Positions 11,890-23,140 of a stretch of DNA of 64,000 nucleotides are shown here, piece by piece; the first letter of the stretch is position 1; each line of letters starts with the position of its first letter. Under the pieces are notes generated by a model that was not told the origin of the DNA, did not search any database, and saw nothing but the letters and a program-made list of their open reading frames with translations. The stretch is from Thalia democratica. Its lineage: Eukaryota. The stretch is from positions 35,340,001 to 35,404,000 of the forward strand of contig OZ241834.1 in assembly GCA_965202585.1 (NCBI GenBank), in the 5' to 3' direction. The position numbers and the translations under genes are program-made.

Positions 11890-14800
11890 ATAAGTAATTT
11901 AACTAACATGTTTCAAAAATGAGAGCAAACACATAGGAAACAGTTTAAGATTTTCAGGGACATATACACCCTGGTTATTGACAGGATTAAATAAAATACA
12001 TACGCATAATATCAAGTAACATGTTTAAGAAGACTGTGAAGATACATGGGGAACAATTTCAAATTTTCAGGGACGTATAAACCCTGGTTAATGGCAGGAA
12101 CAAATAAAATACATACGCATAACATCAACTAACATGTTTAAGAAGACTGTGAAGGTACATGGGGAACAGTTTAAGGTTTTCAGGGACGTATACACCCTGG
12201 TTATTTACAGGAACAAATAAAATATATACGCATAACATCAACTAACATGTTTAAGAAGACTGTGAAGGTACATGGGGAACAGTTTAAGGTTTTCAGGAAC
12301 ATATACACCCTGGTTATTGACAGGAACAAATAAAATATATACGCATAACATCAACTAACATGTTTAAGAAGACTGTGAAGATACATAGGGAACAGTTTAA
12401 GGTTTTCAGGGACGTACACACCCTGGTTATTGACAGGAACAAATAAAATATATACGCATAACATCAACTAACATGTTTAAGAAGACTGTGAAGGTACATG
12501 GGGAACAGTTTAAGGTTTTCAGGGACATATACACCCTGGTTATTGACAGGAACAAATAAAATATATACGCATAACATCAACTAACATGTTTAAGAAGACT
12601 GTGAAGGTACATGGGGAACAGTTTAAGGTTTTCAGGGACGTATACACCCTGGTTATTTACAGGAACAAATAAAATACATACGCATAACATCAACTAACAT
12701 GTTTAAGAAGACTGTGAAGGTACATGGGGAACAGTTTAAGGTTTTCAGGGACGTATACACCCTGGTTATTTACAGGAACAAATAAAATATATACGCATAA
12801 CATCAACTAACATGTTTAAAAAGACTGTGAAGATACATGGGGAACAGTTTAAGGTTTTCAGGGACGTATACACCCTGGTTATTGACAGGAACAAATAAAA
12901 TATATACGCATAACATCAACTAACATGTTTAAGAAGACTGTGAAGATACATGGGGAACAGTTTAAGGTTTTTAGGGACGTATACACCCTGGTTATTGACA
13001 GGAACAAATAAAATATATACGCATAACATCAACTAACATGTTTAAGAAGACTGTGAAGGTACATGGGGAACAGTTTAAGGTTTTCAGGGACGTATACACC
13101 CTGGTTATTGACAGGAACAAATAAAATATATACGCATAACATCAACAAACATGTTTAAGAAGACTGTGAAGGTACATGGGGAACAGTTTAAGGTTTTCAG
13201 GGACGTATACACCCTGATTATTGACAGGAACAAATAAAATATACACGCATAACATCAACTAACATGTTTAAGAAGACTGTGAAGATACATGGGGAACAGT
13301 TTAAGGTTTTCAGGGACGTATAAACCCTGGTTATTGACAGGAACAAATAAAATAAATACGCATAACATCAACTAACATGTTTAAGAAGACTGTGAAGATA
13401 CATGGGGAACAGTTTAAGGTTTTCAGGGACGTATACACCCTGGTTATTGACAGGAACAAATAAAATAAATACGCATAACATCAACTAACATGTTTAAGAA
13501 GACTGTGAAGGTACATGGGGAACAGTTTAAGGTTTTCAGGGACGTATACACCCTGATTATTGACAGGAACAAATAAAATATACACGCATAACATCAACTA
13601 ACATGTTTAAGAAGACTGTGAAGATACATGGGGAACAGTTTAAGGTTTTCAGGGACGTACACATCCTGGTTATTGACAGGAACAAATAAAATATATACGC
13701 ATAACATCAACTAACATGTTTAAGAAGACTGTGAAGGTACATGGGGAACAGTTTAAGGTTTTCAGGGACGTATACACCCTGGTTATTGACAGGAACAAAT
13801 AAAATATATACGCATAACATCAACTAACATGTTTAAGAAGACTGTGAAGGTACATGGGGAACAGTTTAAGGTTTTCAGGGACGTATACACCCTGGTTATT
13901 GACAGGAACAAATAAAATATATACGCACAATATCAACTAACATGTTTAAGAAGACTGTGAAGGTACATGGGGAACAGTTTAAGGTTTTCAGGGACGTATA
14001 CACCCTGGTTATTTACAGGAACAAATAAAATATAAACGCATAACATCAACTAACATGTTTAAGAAGACTGTGAAGGTACATGGGGAACAGTTTAAGGTTT
14101 TCAGGGACGTATACACCCTGGTTATTGACAGGAACAAATAAAATATACACGCATAACATCAACTAACATGTTTAAGAAGACTGTGAAGGTACATGGGGAA
14201 CAGTTTAAGGTTTTCAGGGACGTATAAACCCTGGTTATTGACAGGAACAAACAAAATATATACGCATAACATCAACTAACATGTTTAAGAAGACTGTGAA
14301 GATACATGGGGAACAATTTCAAATTTTCAGGGACATAAACACCCTGGTTATTGACAGGAACAAATAAAATATATACGCATAACATAAACTAACATGTTTA
14401 AGAAGACTGTGAAGATACATTTGGAACAGTTTAAGGTTTTCAGGGACGTATACACCCTGATTATTGACAGGAACAAATAAAATATATACGCATAACATCA
14501 ACTAACATGTTTAAGAAGACTGTGAAGGTACATGGGGAACAGTTTAAGGTTTTCAGGGACGTATACACCCTGATTATTGACAGGAACAAATAAAATATAC
14601 ACGCATAACATCAACTAACATGTTTAAGAAGACTGTGAAGGTACATGGGGAACAGTTTAAGGTTTTCAGGGACGTATACACCCTGGTTATTGACAGGAAC
14701 AAATAAAATATACACGCATAACATCAACTAACATGTTTAAGAAGACTGTGAAGATACATGGGGAACAGTTTAAGGTTTTCAGGGACATATACACCCTGGT

Positions 14801-15410
14801 TATTTACAGGAACAAATAAAATAAATACGCATAACATCGACTAACATGTTTAAGAAGACTGTGAAGATACATGGGGAACAGTTTAAGGTTTTCAGGGACA
14901 TATACACCCTGGTTATTGACAGGAACAAATAAAATATACACGCATAACATCAACTAACATGTTTAAGAAGACTGTGAAGATACATGGGGAACAGTTTGAG
15001 GTTTTCAGGGACGTACACACCCTGGTTATTGACAGGAACAAATAAAATATATACGCACAACATCAACTAACATGTTTAAGAAGACTGTGAAGATACATGG
15101 GGAACAGTTTAAGGTTTTCAGGGACGTATACACCCTGGTTATTGACAGGAACAAATAAAATATATACGCATAACATCAACTAACATGTTTAAGAAGACTG
15201 TGAAGGTACATGGGGAACAGTTTAAGGTTTTCAGGGACGTATACACCCTGGTTATTGACAGGAACAAATAAAATATATACGCATAACATCAACTAACATG
15301 TTTAAGAAGACTGTGAAGGTACATGGGGAACAGTTTAAGGTTTTCAGGGACGTACACACCCTGGTTATTGACAGGAACAAATAAAATATATACGCATAAT
15401 ATCAACTAAC
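11890..15410 (-). repeat. Tandem array, 113-bp unit, about 30-31 copies, made of the SEC24 exon 17 3' end plus donor
   Basis: Unit encodes (VPVNNQ)GVYVPENLKLFPMYLHSLLKH|GTTAGT; period taken from 15411 vs 15298. Confidence 0.97.
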
Positions 15411-15598
15411 ATGTTTAAGAAGACTGTGAAGGTACATGGGGAACAATTTAAGGTTTTCAGGGACGTATACACCCTGGTTATTTACAGGAACGCCCTTCTG
15501 TTTCAAGTGATGTTTGTAACATTTCAGCAGGTCCACTAACGCGTTCATGATGGAGTCTTTCGCGTCGGTTAACGTGTGCGTCATCGCCCTATCCACCG
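15411..15598 (-). CDS. SEC24: SEC24 exon 17 (VDRAMTHTLTDAKDSIMNALVD...VPENLKLFPMYLHSLLKH)
   Basis: ORF 15402..15596; helical-domain motif L.LFP....LLK; donor GTTAGT. Confidence 0.93.
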
Positions 15599-15934
15599 CT
15601 GTTATGACGTAATAAAGTGTTAAGAATATGAATTAATTATATAAATACTTTTATTTTATTAATATGTGCCTCACTGCTCTATACACCGCTGTTATGACGT
15701 AATAACAAAACTCAAATACATGTTTAATAATATGCCAAGTCAAACGTTATTATTATGAATTCAATTAACTGGTTATTAAAATTAAAAAAAAAAGAAGCTT
15801 GTACTTTAAATGCTTGGAAAAGTTTTTATTGTTAAAGATAACTAAAAACACTACATTAACTTCACATAAAAACTGAATTAAAACCAATATAATAAATTCA
15901 ATCATAGGTATTATAAAAAAAAATAGAAACGAAC

Positions 15935-16046
15935 CCATTTTAGAGAGAAGACTAACGCAAGCTACAGCATCTGCGTTTTTGATGACTTCGATTGGATCTT
16001 TCACAACTGGGAAACACAAAGTGTGAATTCTAATACGGCGTTCACC
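15935..16046 (-). CDS. SEC24: SEC24 exon 16 (GERRIRIHTLCFPVV...LLSKM)
   Basis: ORF 15765..16061; hallmark GERRIR.HTLC motif. Confidence 0.95.
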
Positions 16047-16305
16047 CTGGAAATAAAACAAATAGTGTGAATTACTACATTAATAATTACAAAGTGTGAA
16101 TTCTAAAACGGCGTTCACCCTGAAAAATATTTAAATAAAAATAAAAATTGTGAATTCTAATGCGGCGTTCACCCTGAAAAATATCTAAATTAAAAATTAC
16201 AAAAGTGTGAATTCTAATACGGCGTTCACCCTAAAAATATAATGTGTGAGTAAAAATAGCAATAAAAACTATTAAGTGTGAATTTTTATTCTGCGTTCAC
16301 CCTAT
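16047..16305 (-). repeat. 4 copies of the acceptor plus SEC24 exon 16 5' end
   Basis: ag|GGTGAACGC...AGAATTCACA at about 16075-16110, 16150-16175, 16204-16232 and 16275-16303. Confidence 0.88.
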
Positions 16306-16579
16306 ATAATTAACAAAAATACTAAAGAGCGAACTAGTTTCTGTAATGTTTTCATTCAATCAAGTTATTTTACTTCTTCTATCTTTCTTAAGTCCTAATA
16401 ATAAACCTTATTGGCAATATATGTACTATCTTACCTTGTTAATGTTAATAAAAGCAACTTTTCTAAAAACTTTTAACCTTACTAGATGCATACAGCAACG
16501 CAGCTTGGAAGCAAACAGAATTAACTTCTAATAGTTATAACAAAAATAATAACATACATACCAACTATTGACTACAAAC

Positions 16580-16749
16580 CTTACTAGATGTATACAATAA
16601 TGCAGCTTGGAAGCAAACGGAATTAACTTCTAACGTTTCGTCAATCTGCATTTGTACAGCGTATCCGGCGTCAGGGTTTATATTTGCAAGTGCCAATAAA
16701 TCAGGCGCTCTGGAGTATTTATTGCCATAGAAAGTGTTGAATGTTAGTC
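16580..16749 (-). CDS. SEC24: SEC24 exon 15 (LTFNTFYGN...LANINPDAGYAVQM...FQAALLYTSSK)
   Basis: Conserved NPDAGYAVQM and FQ.ALLYTSSK motifs. Confidence 0.95.
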
Positions 16750-17124
16750 CTATTAAAAATAAGTAATTATAAAACGCTGTATTTTCATATATGTGTTACC
16801 ATAGAGCGTATTAAATTTTAGACCTACTACAAAAAGAAACAATAATTGAGAAGTAATTAATAAGTTAGGTGATCTACTTTATTTCTTGCTATGGAGTTTG
16901 TTGAATGTTAATTCTGAGTTGCAGTTAATTTAAAAGAATTAAAAAATAATTCAAACTCTAATGCACAAATGTATTTGCTCCCATAAAATATATTAATTTA
17001 TACATTGCAGTGAAAAATAATTTCTTAAAATTTACTTTGTATATTAAGTCTGTGTTACTCTATAAAATATCAACAAGTATTTATTTCAAAGACAACGTTT
17101 ACATTTGAAAAAACAAAAACAAAC

Positions 17125-17180
17125 CGCTACTGCATCTAATTCTCATCACAGATTCAAATCCGATCTTCCTTGTGAAGTAT
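17125..17180 (-). CDS. SEC24: SEC24 exon 14 (YFTRKIGFESVMRIRCSS)
   Basis: Near-invariant TRKIGFE.VMRIRC motif; uses a less common AAG acceptor (atttattaag). Confidence 0.92.
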
Positions 17181-17458
17181 CTTAATAAATGTATTAAATT
17201 AACATAAATAATAATAACATATTGGTATAATATGCTTGATACTTGAATATACATAAAACGACCACCTTTAGTAAAAATATACAACTATTTGAGTTTTATT
17301 TAAGTTTTAACAAATATAGACGAAAAGCCCAAATCACTGTTGAATATATATTAATATAACAGTACACAAGATAGTTAAAAAATATTACTAGGTTCACATA
17401 ACTTTATACATAACAGCTGTAATACATATTCACATATTTACGTATAAATCATACAAAC

Positions 17459-17561
17459 CTGTCGAGGTCTTGCTGGAATCTTTCTGCTTCCTGGGGATTG
17501 TGCTTGACGTGGAGACCTTTGTAATAACGAATCTCGCCCGCTGAGTGCCTGCTTGCGTTTG
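17459..17561 (-). CDS. SEC24: SEC24 exon 13 (NASRHSAGEIRYYKGLHVKHNPQEAERFQQDLDR)
   Basis: cttacag acceptor, AG|GTTTGT donor; SR.SAG..YY motif. Confidence 0.9.
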
Positions 17562-17940
17562 CTGTAAGAATAAATTTATTAATATATTAGTATAAGTATA
17601 TGTAACTTTATATTTCGAATCTCTCCCGCTGAATGTCTGCTAGCGTTTGCTGTAAGAATAAATTTATTGAAATATTAGTATAAGTATATGTAACTTTATA
17701 TTTCGAATTTGTTCCGCTGAGTGCCTGCTGGCGTTTGCTGTTAAAATAAATTTATTAATATATTAGTATAAGTATATGTAACTTTATATTTCGAATTTAT
17801 TCCGCTGAATGTCTGCTGGCGTTTGCTGTAAAATATAAGTATAAATAAAATTTTCGTATGTACAATATTTATTTATAGGTAGCTTTGTAGTAACGAATTT
17901 CTACAAATGAATGTCTGCTAACGTTTGCTGTAAGAATAAG
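17562..17940 (-). repeat. 4 tandem ~88-100-bp copies of the acceptor plus SEC24 exon 13 5' end
   Basis: cag|CAAACGC.AGCAG.CA.TCAGCGG in each copy. Confidence 0.9.
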
Positions 17941-18075
17941 GTTAGTATATTTATATATTTTATTTACGATCAAAAAAAAAACATCGGCGAAATTCTACCA
18001 AAGCAAAAGCCTGGACTTTCCTGTACCATGAGACAAGCTCAAATTAAATAAAGTTTTGATCAAACCACAAAGATC

Positions 18076-18147
18076 ATCATACCAAAAGCTTTTGGCAGAC
18101 TGAGTAAAATGTTTTCAGCTCAGTCTACCGAAAGCTTTTGGTCTGAT
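18076..18147. other. Intronic ~72-nt hairpin (24-bp core stem, 14-nt loop)
   Basis: accaaaagcttttggcagactgag (18081-18104) versus ctcagtctaccgaaagcttttggt (18119-18142): 22/24 complementary; stem extends about 4 bp further out. Confidence 0.6.
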
Positions 18148-18404
18148 AATTTAAGTAGTATAATCAAAACTGCATATGCTTTGTTTATATGTAAGCTGAT
18201 TGTGTATAAGTATTACTAGCAGGGCTTTTTAGTTTATTAAAATTTTAAAGGTCTTAACTATCTTGGAATAAAAACAAATTATATAAAAACTATGTATTTT
18301 ATTCCTTTAGTCTTCGAGGTAAAGTAGTAATTATGTTAAAAAAAAAAGTTAATGAACTTGTATAAAAACGATTTTATTTTTCCTTTATGTAAATATTAAC
18401 TTAC

Positions 18405-18459
18405 CCAATGTGGCAATGTCGATGTATCTTGAACTGAGGAAGAACATATCGATTGCGAC
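18405..18459 (-). CDS. SEC24: SEC24 exon 12 (VAIDMFFLSSRYIDIATL)
   Basis: tttttcag acceptor, G|GTAAGT donor; matches the VAVDLF...Y.DLA pattern. Confidence 0.9.
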
Positions 18460-19836
18460 CTGAAAAATTTGTATAATGTTATTGTATATAACTATTTAAG
18501 AATCTTATAAGTACAAGTTTATTCATCAACTTGAAAAACATCAATGCAGTTGCTCACACAAAAATTAAGAGATTTTTCATCCAACAAAATTTAAAGGAAT
18601 TGAAAAATTTACAAAGTGTTATTGAACATAATTTTAATATAAAGTACATAGAGTTTTTTAACTGTAACTGCAAAAGGGGTTATTTTAAACTATGACTACT
18701 TTATTTTTGCTTTTGTCAGATTAGTACGAATAAAGCTATATTATAAAACTTTATTAAAACAAGTTCAAATTCAAAAAGAACAAACGTTTTATTTAGTTAC
18801 AAATTAAACACTTAAAGCTAGCAAAAACAAACTTTAGTGCTAGCTACTAAGTAAACAGTTACTTATGTAAGTTTAAATTTGTGAACACTTACAGTAATTG
18901 TTTTCAACTAATACCAGAAAATCAAAAACAACTTGTATTGTGTCTGCAACTAAAAATTAAGTGCAAGTATGAACTTTTAAATTTAATTGATTTTTTTTAA
19001 TAAAAAACTTAAACTAACTTTTAAATAACTTTATAATTTGAAATTACTTAATGTAGTTTACTTAAAAAAAACTTCTAAGCTATTAATATTAAAAATTCAG
19101 TAGTTGAAATATAACTAGTTTGAAATCAATATTTTTCGTCTTACAAGATAATTTTTAATACGTCTGGTATTGACGTAAACAAATTTATTTCAAACTTAAT
19201 TCAATTTGCTTTAAGTTTACAAAAAAAATTTGCTGAATTAAAAAACTCAACTTTTTAATTATCAATACAACTTAAATATTAAAAACTTTAAACCGTTTGA
19301 AAAAAATATCTTTAATAAATATATTTATTGTTTAAAATTTGTACAACTTCAAATCTACCAAAGACCAAAAAAATTAAAAAGCCTATAAAAAAGTTCTTAA
19401 ACGACTCTTTTTTTTTTTGATGATTTTAACTTGAAATTGATCTGACAAATAGTTCTATTTTTTAGTAAATGTAATAGAATTGCATAAATAATGATAAATA
19501 TATAACAGCATGGTTTTATTTACAGGAAAACTTAAAACTTTTTTTTATTGTTAAAATACTGAAATGAGAACGTTTATCTAAATAGTTACGAATAAAAATA
19601 ATTAGATTAAAAAAAGATTAATAACAAATAAATGGTTAAAAACGGAGAACTTAATACATAATAAAATTAATAACATTATTATATTATAACAATACTACTA
19701 CTAATAATAACGTCTTATTGTTAGCACTAACAAAAATAAAATATTATAAATAACTGTCAACGGAGGCGGATACCTATTTATTCTTCATTTAACATTATTA
19801 TATATAACTCTTAGTTGAAGTAGGAACTCATTCATC

Positions 19837-20207
19837 CAGGGTTGCCAAAGGTTTTTGGAAATTTTTCTCCAGGTTTTTAAAAGTACACATTTTTGGGTCT
19901 ATTTTAAGTTTAAAATTAAGTTTAAGATAAGAACTGTGTTAAATAATAAAAAAAAAACATTGAAAAGATACTCTAAAGCTACTTTGAAATGTTTTTTAAA
20001 GTAAAAAAAAAGTATGATGACGAAAAAATTTTTATTTTATATGATATATTTTTTGTGTCAAATCAAAATTTTAATACTTTACATGTTAAAAGTTTTAATG
20101 AGTTTTGTTCAAAATTCCAGGTTTATTTAGTTTTCTTATTTGTCAAATTCCAGGTTTTTTAGCCTAAATTGTCAAATTCCTGGTTCTCAGGTTTATTGGC
20201 AACCCTG
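19837..20207. mobile_element. MITE, CAGGGTTGCCA-TIR family (copy 1)
   Basis: TIRs CAGGGTTGCCAA/TTGGCAACCCTG; flanks TTCATC/TTCATT (6-bp TSD with 1 mismatch); internal ttccagg repeats shared with the other copies. Confidence 0.85.
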
Positions 20208-20666
20208 TTCATTGTATTTATTTGTTTTAATTAAATATGGAAGTTTTAATAAGTCTTACCGGAGGTGGAGTATCTCTTGTTGGCTGGTTTTCGGGTACAA
20301 CACATAAAATTAGTATTTTATTTATATTGCTACCTATCTAATCTATTATTGCACCAGAAAAAAGTGTTTGATTTTTCAAGTGTTTTACTGTTTCAAAGGC
20401 TTTCTACCCTGAGTACATACAAGCTTCTCACTTTTTACTACTAGGTAAATTATGATCTTATTTTACTTCTTTTAGACTTATTCATCATTTTATTTTATTA
20501 AAGTAGTTTTAATTTTTTAATTTATTGGATAAATATACCAAAGGTCGACGTTTTACAGGAAAACACAAGATTTCGTCGGATAATTAATAATGATAAAAAC
20601 ATATTTTGTAAAATCATATTAATTATTTATATTAAAACTAAATTTATATTGTGACGTCACACCAAC

Positions 20667-20843
20667 CTGACTGGACTGACTCTCCAGCGCCATCTGGGTG
20701 TAGAAATCAGTCGACGCCCTCAACAAAATGGAGCTTATTTCCTGGGCGGCTCTCTTGTTAGGGTCCTCCCTGGGTTGAAGCTTGCCGGGTCCTATTGATG
20801 GCATCGACTGCTGGAACACACTTATCCTACCGCCAGTCTTTTT
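20667..20843 (-). CDS. SEC24: SEC24 exon 11 (KKTGGRISVFQQSMPSIGPGKLQPREDPN...STDFYTQMALESQSSQ)
   Basis: ORF 20619..20876; conserved TGGR.SVFQ and STDFY motifs. Confidence 0.95.
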
Positions 20844-22399
20844 CTGTGGAAATAATCTAATTATTTTCATGCACAAATGTATGATAAATTTATACTTTAG
20901 TATAATTTTTTTTTTCGAAACACCCTGATTCTACCACTGGTCTTTTTGTGTCAAGAACAACAAACATTTTGTTGGTTATACTTTTTTTGTTGTAAACGGG
21001 AAAGAAGGTTTGATGATATATATTCAAATAATGTTTGTTGAATTATGTCGATAAAATTAAAAAGTCAATTAAATGATACAGATGTGTATCTAGATGTGGC
21101 TTTAAATTTGTGCAGTTCTTCAAAATTTTGAGTTTAAAAAAATCAGGAATATTTATTAGCAAATAATGGTAATGTTTTAACAAACTTGAAAAACTTATGT
21201 TTTTAGTGTTAAAAGCATTAAAATAAAGAAAAAACATTGATACTTTCGGAAAATAACATAATATCTATTTTTTTTAACAAAAGTGATAAAAATATTTACC
21301 TATGTTACAATTTTTAATTTATTTTTTTTTCCTTTATAACTTTGTATATATTGAGTGTCTTGTGTACTTTTAGTAAATAGTTTATCAACTTATAAGTTGT
21401 TAATTAAGACTTTATTTTACCGAAAAATTAGTGATAGCTTGATAAAAAAAACTTAATTTATTTTTGTAAAAACTTAAAAAGAATATTTCAAAGTTTTATA
21501 GTTACTTAAACATAATATAAGATAGTAGCTAATTACAAAAAATTATAAACTTTTAAAATAAATGTGTCAAAAAACAGCTAAATTAACTTACTACAAAAAA
21601 AATGCACTAATGATCGACTTTAACAAGCTGTAGCAATGAGTTACAAATATTTTAGTAAAAAATCAATCAATTTTGAGTAAAAGTAATATATCCTGTTGCG
21701 ACTGATAATTTTAACTGATATGAGATAACTTATCTGGGCTAAGCATAATATAAATAAAAGTAAAATTCTATTTATTGGAATAAACTTACTTTGAAAATTA
21801 AAACCATTTTGTTAACTATGCATAACATATATAGATACAGTTGATTACAACTTGAGCTATAAAATAATTTTATATTTTGTTAGCATTATCTAGTTATTAA
21901 TAAAAACTTGTCGTAAAGCGTTTTACAATGAGTATTTGAGTCGTTTAAATTATGATTAAAAATTAATTAATTTTGAGTTTGTGTTTTAATTGTCGTATGT
22001 AAAAAAATATTAATCCAATAAGAAACCACAAAAGCGAAAACATAAGGTCAGCCTTAGTTTCTTTAAATTACAACTAAAAATTACTTCATAAGCTTGTAAG
22101 CCAAAATTGATTTAATTTTTATAAAAATTGAGACTTGGATAAGTTTTTCAAACACTTGTATCAAATAAAACTTAAAAATTTTTACCATAATTTCAAAACA
22201 AGAAGAGCTCCGAAATTGCATAAGTGTTTATATCATTTAAAACAAATAATTACTAGTCAAAAAACAAACAAAACAACTTAAAATCAAATTAATCAAACAA
22301 CATTTCAAGGGATTGTATTAAGAGCTGCTACAAATACAGAATAAAAATAACTAAAATTGTTTTGTATAAAAAAATAATTAATATACCTATATAAAATAA

Positions 22400-23140
22400 T
22401 TATACAATATTTCAACAGACATTTTAACTGCTCCCAAAGATGAGTTTAACAAAACAAATTTAATGCAACAAACCATCATTTCTACAGAAATTTTAAGAGT
22501 AGCTCTCAAATAAGAGCATGTGTTAATATAATAAAAAAAAAAACTTGGAGATAAATAAACAAATATATATTTTATATAACAAACCATCATCTCGACTGAG
22601 ATCTTCATGGCTGCTCCCAGTGATGAATATGTGTCCGCATCGTCGTAAGGAGAATCTGGTGTCTGATGCACCGAAGGAAGATCGTTCAAGAACTCAACGA
22701 CCTGTTCCTTGCATTCGTGCAAGTTTACTAGCAAGTTCTCAGCAGTTGGAATGAAGGCATCTGTAAAGTATAAATATTTCGTTTAAGTATAAAATAGTAT
22801 TTATTAACTGGAAAACAATTTAAAGTATTCTAGATTCGTGCAAATTTACTAAGCAGTTGTCATTTGTTAGTTAAAAGGCGTCTGTAGTAAAAAAACAAGT
22901 ATCTAATATTAGTCTGTTGGTATATATCAATTATTTTAAACTCGTATGTTTATTTATTTTAATAGTTAATAAGTTCTTAGCAGTAAGTATAAATAGTTGG
23001 AATGAATGCGTCTGAAATGAAAAAGTGATTTAACATACTTGTTTTTATTATTATATATATACATTTAAAGACAATTGATTATTCTTCATTCGTGGAAATT
23101 TGCAAAGAAGTTCTCAGCAGTTGGTATAAAGTCATCTAAT
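22400..23140 (-). repeat. Decayed donor-side (2) and acceptor-side (3) echoes of SEC24 exon 10
   Basis: LRATLKISVEMM|gt at 22474-22512; SSLGAVKMSVEIL at 22405-22444; cag|D(A/D)F(IPT) copies at about 22840-22885, 22995-23020 and 23080-23137. Confidence 0.8.
22585..22760 (-). CDS. SEC24: SEC24 exon 10 (AFIPTAENLLVNLHECKE...SSLGAAMKISVEMM)
   Basis: ORF 22387..22734; conserved FIP..NLLVNL.E.KE motif; canonical splice sites. Confidence 0.93.

Noticed and set aside
6480-15410. Regular repeat arrays resembling CRISPR or prokaryotic repeats
   Set aside because: Units are contiguous near-identical copies without unique spacers, derive from SEC24 exon ends, and lie in a eukaryotic intron with no cas genes.
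20260-20283. Possible 24-nt in-frame micro-exon (PTRDTPPP) with a strong GTAAGA donor in SEC24 intron 11
   Set aside because: The upstream acceptor lacks a pyrimidine tract (gtacccgaaaaccag), the insertion would fall in a conserved trunk strand, and exons 11 and 12 already join correctly; no support without cDNA.
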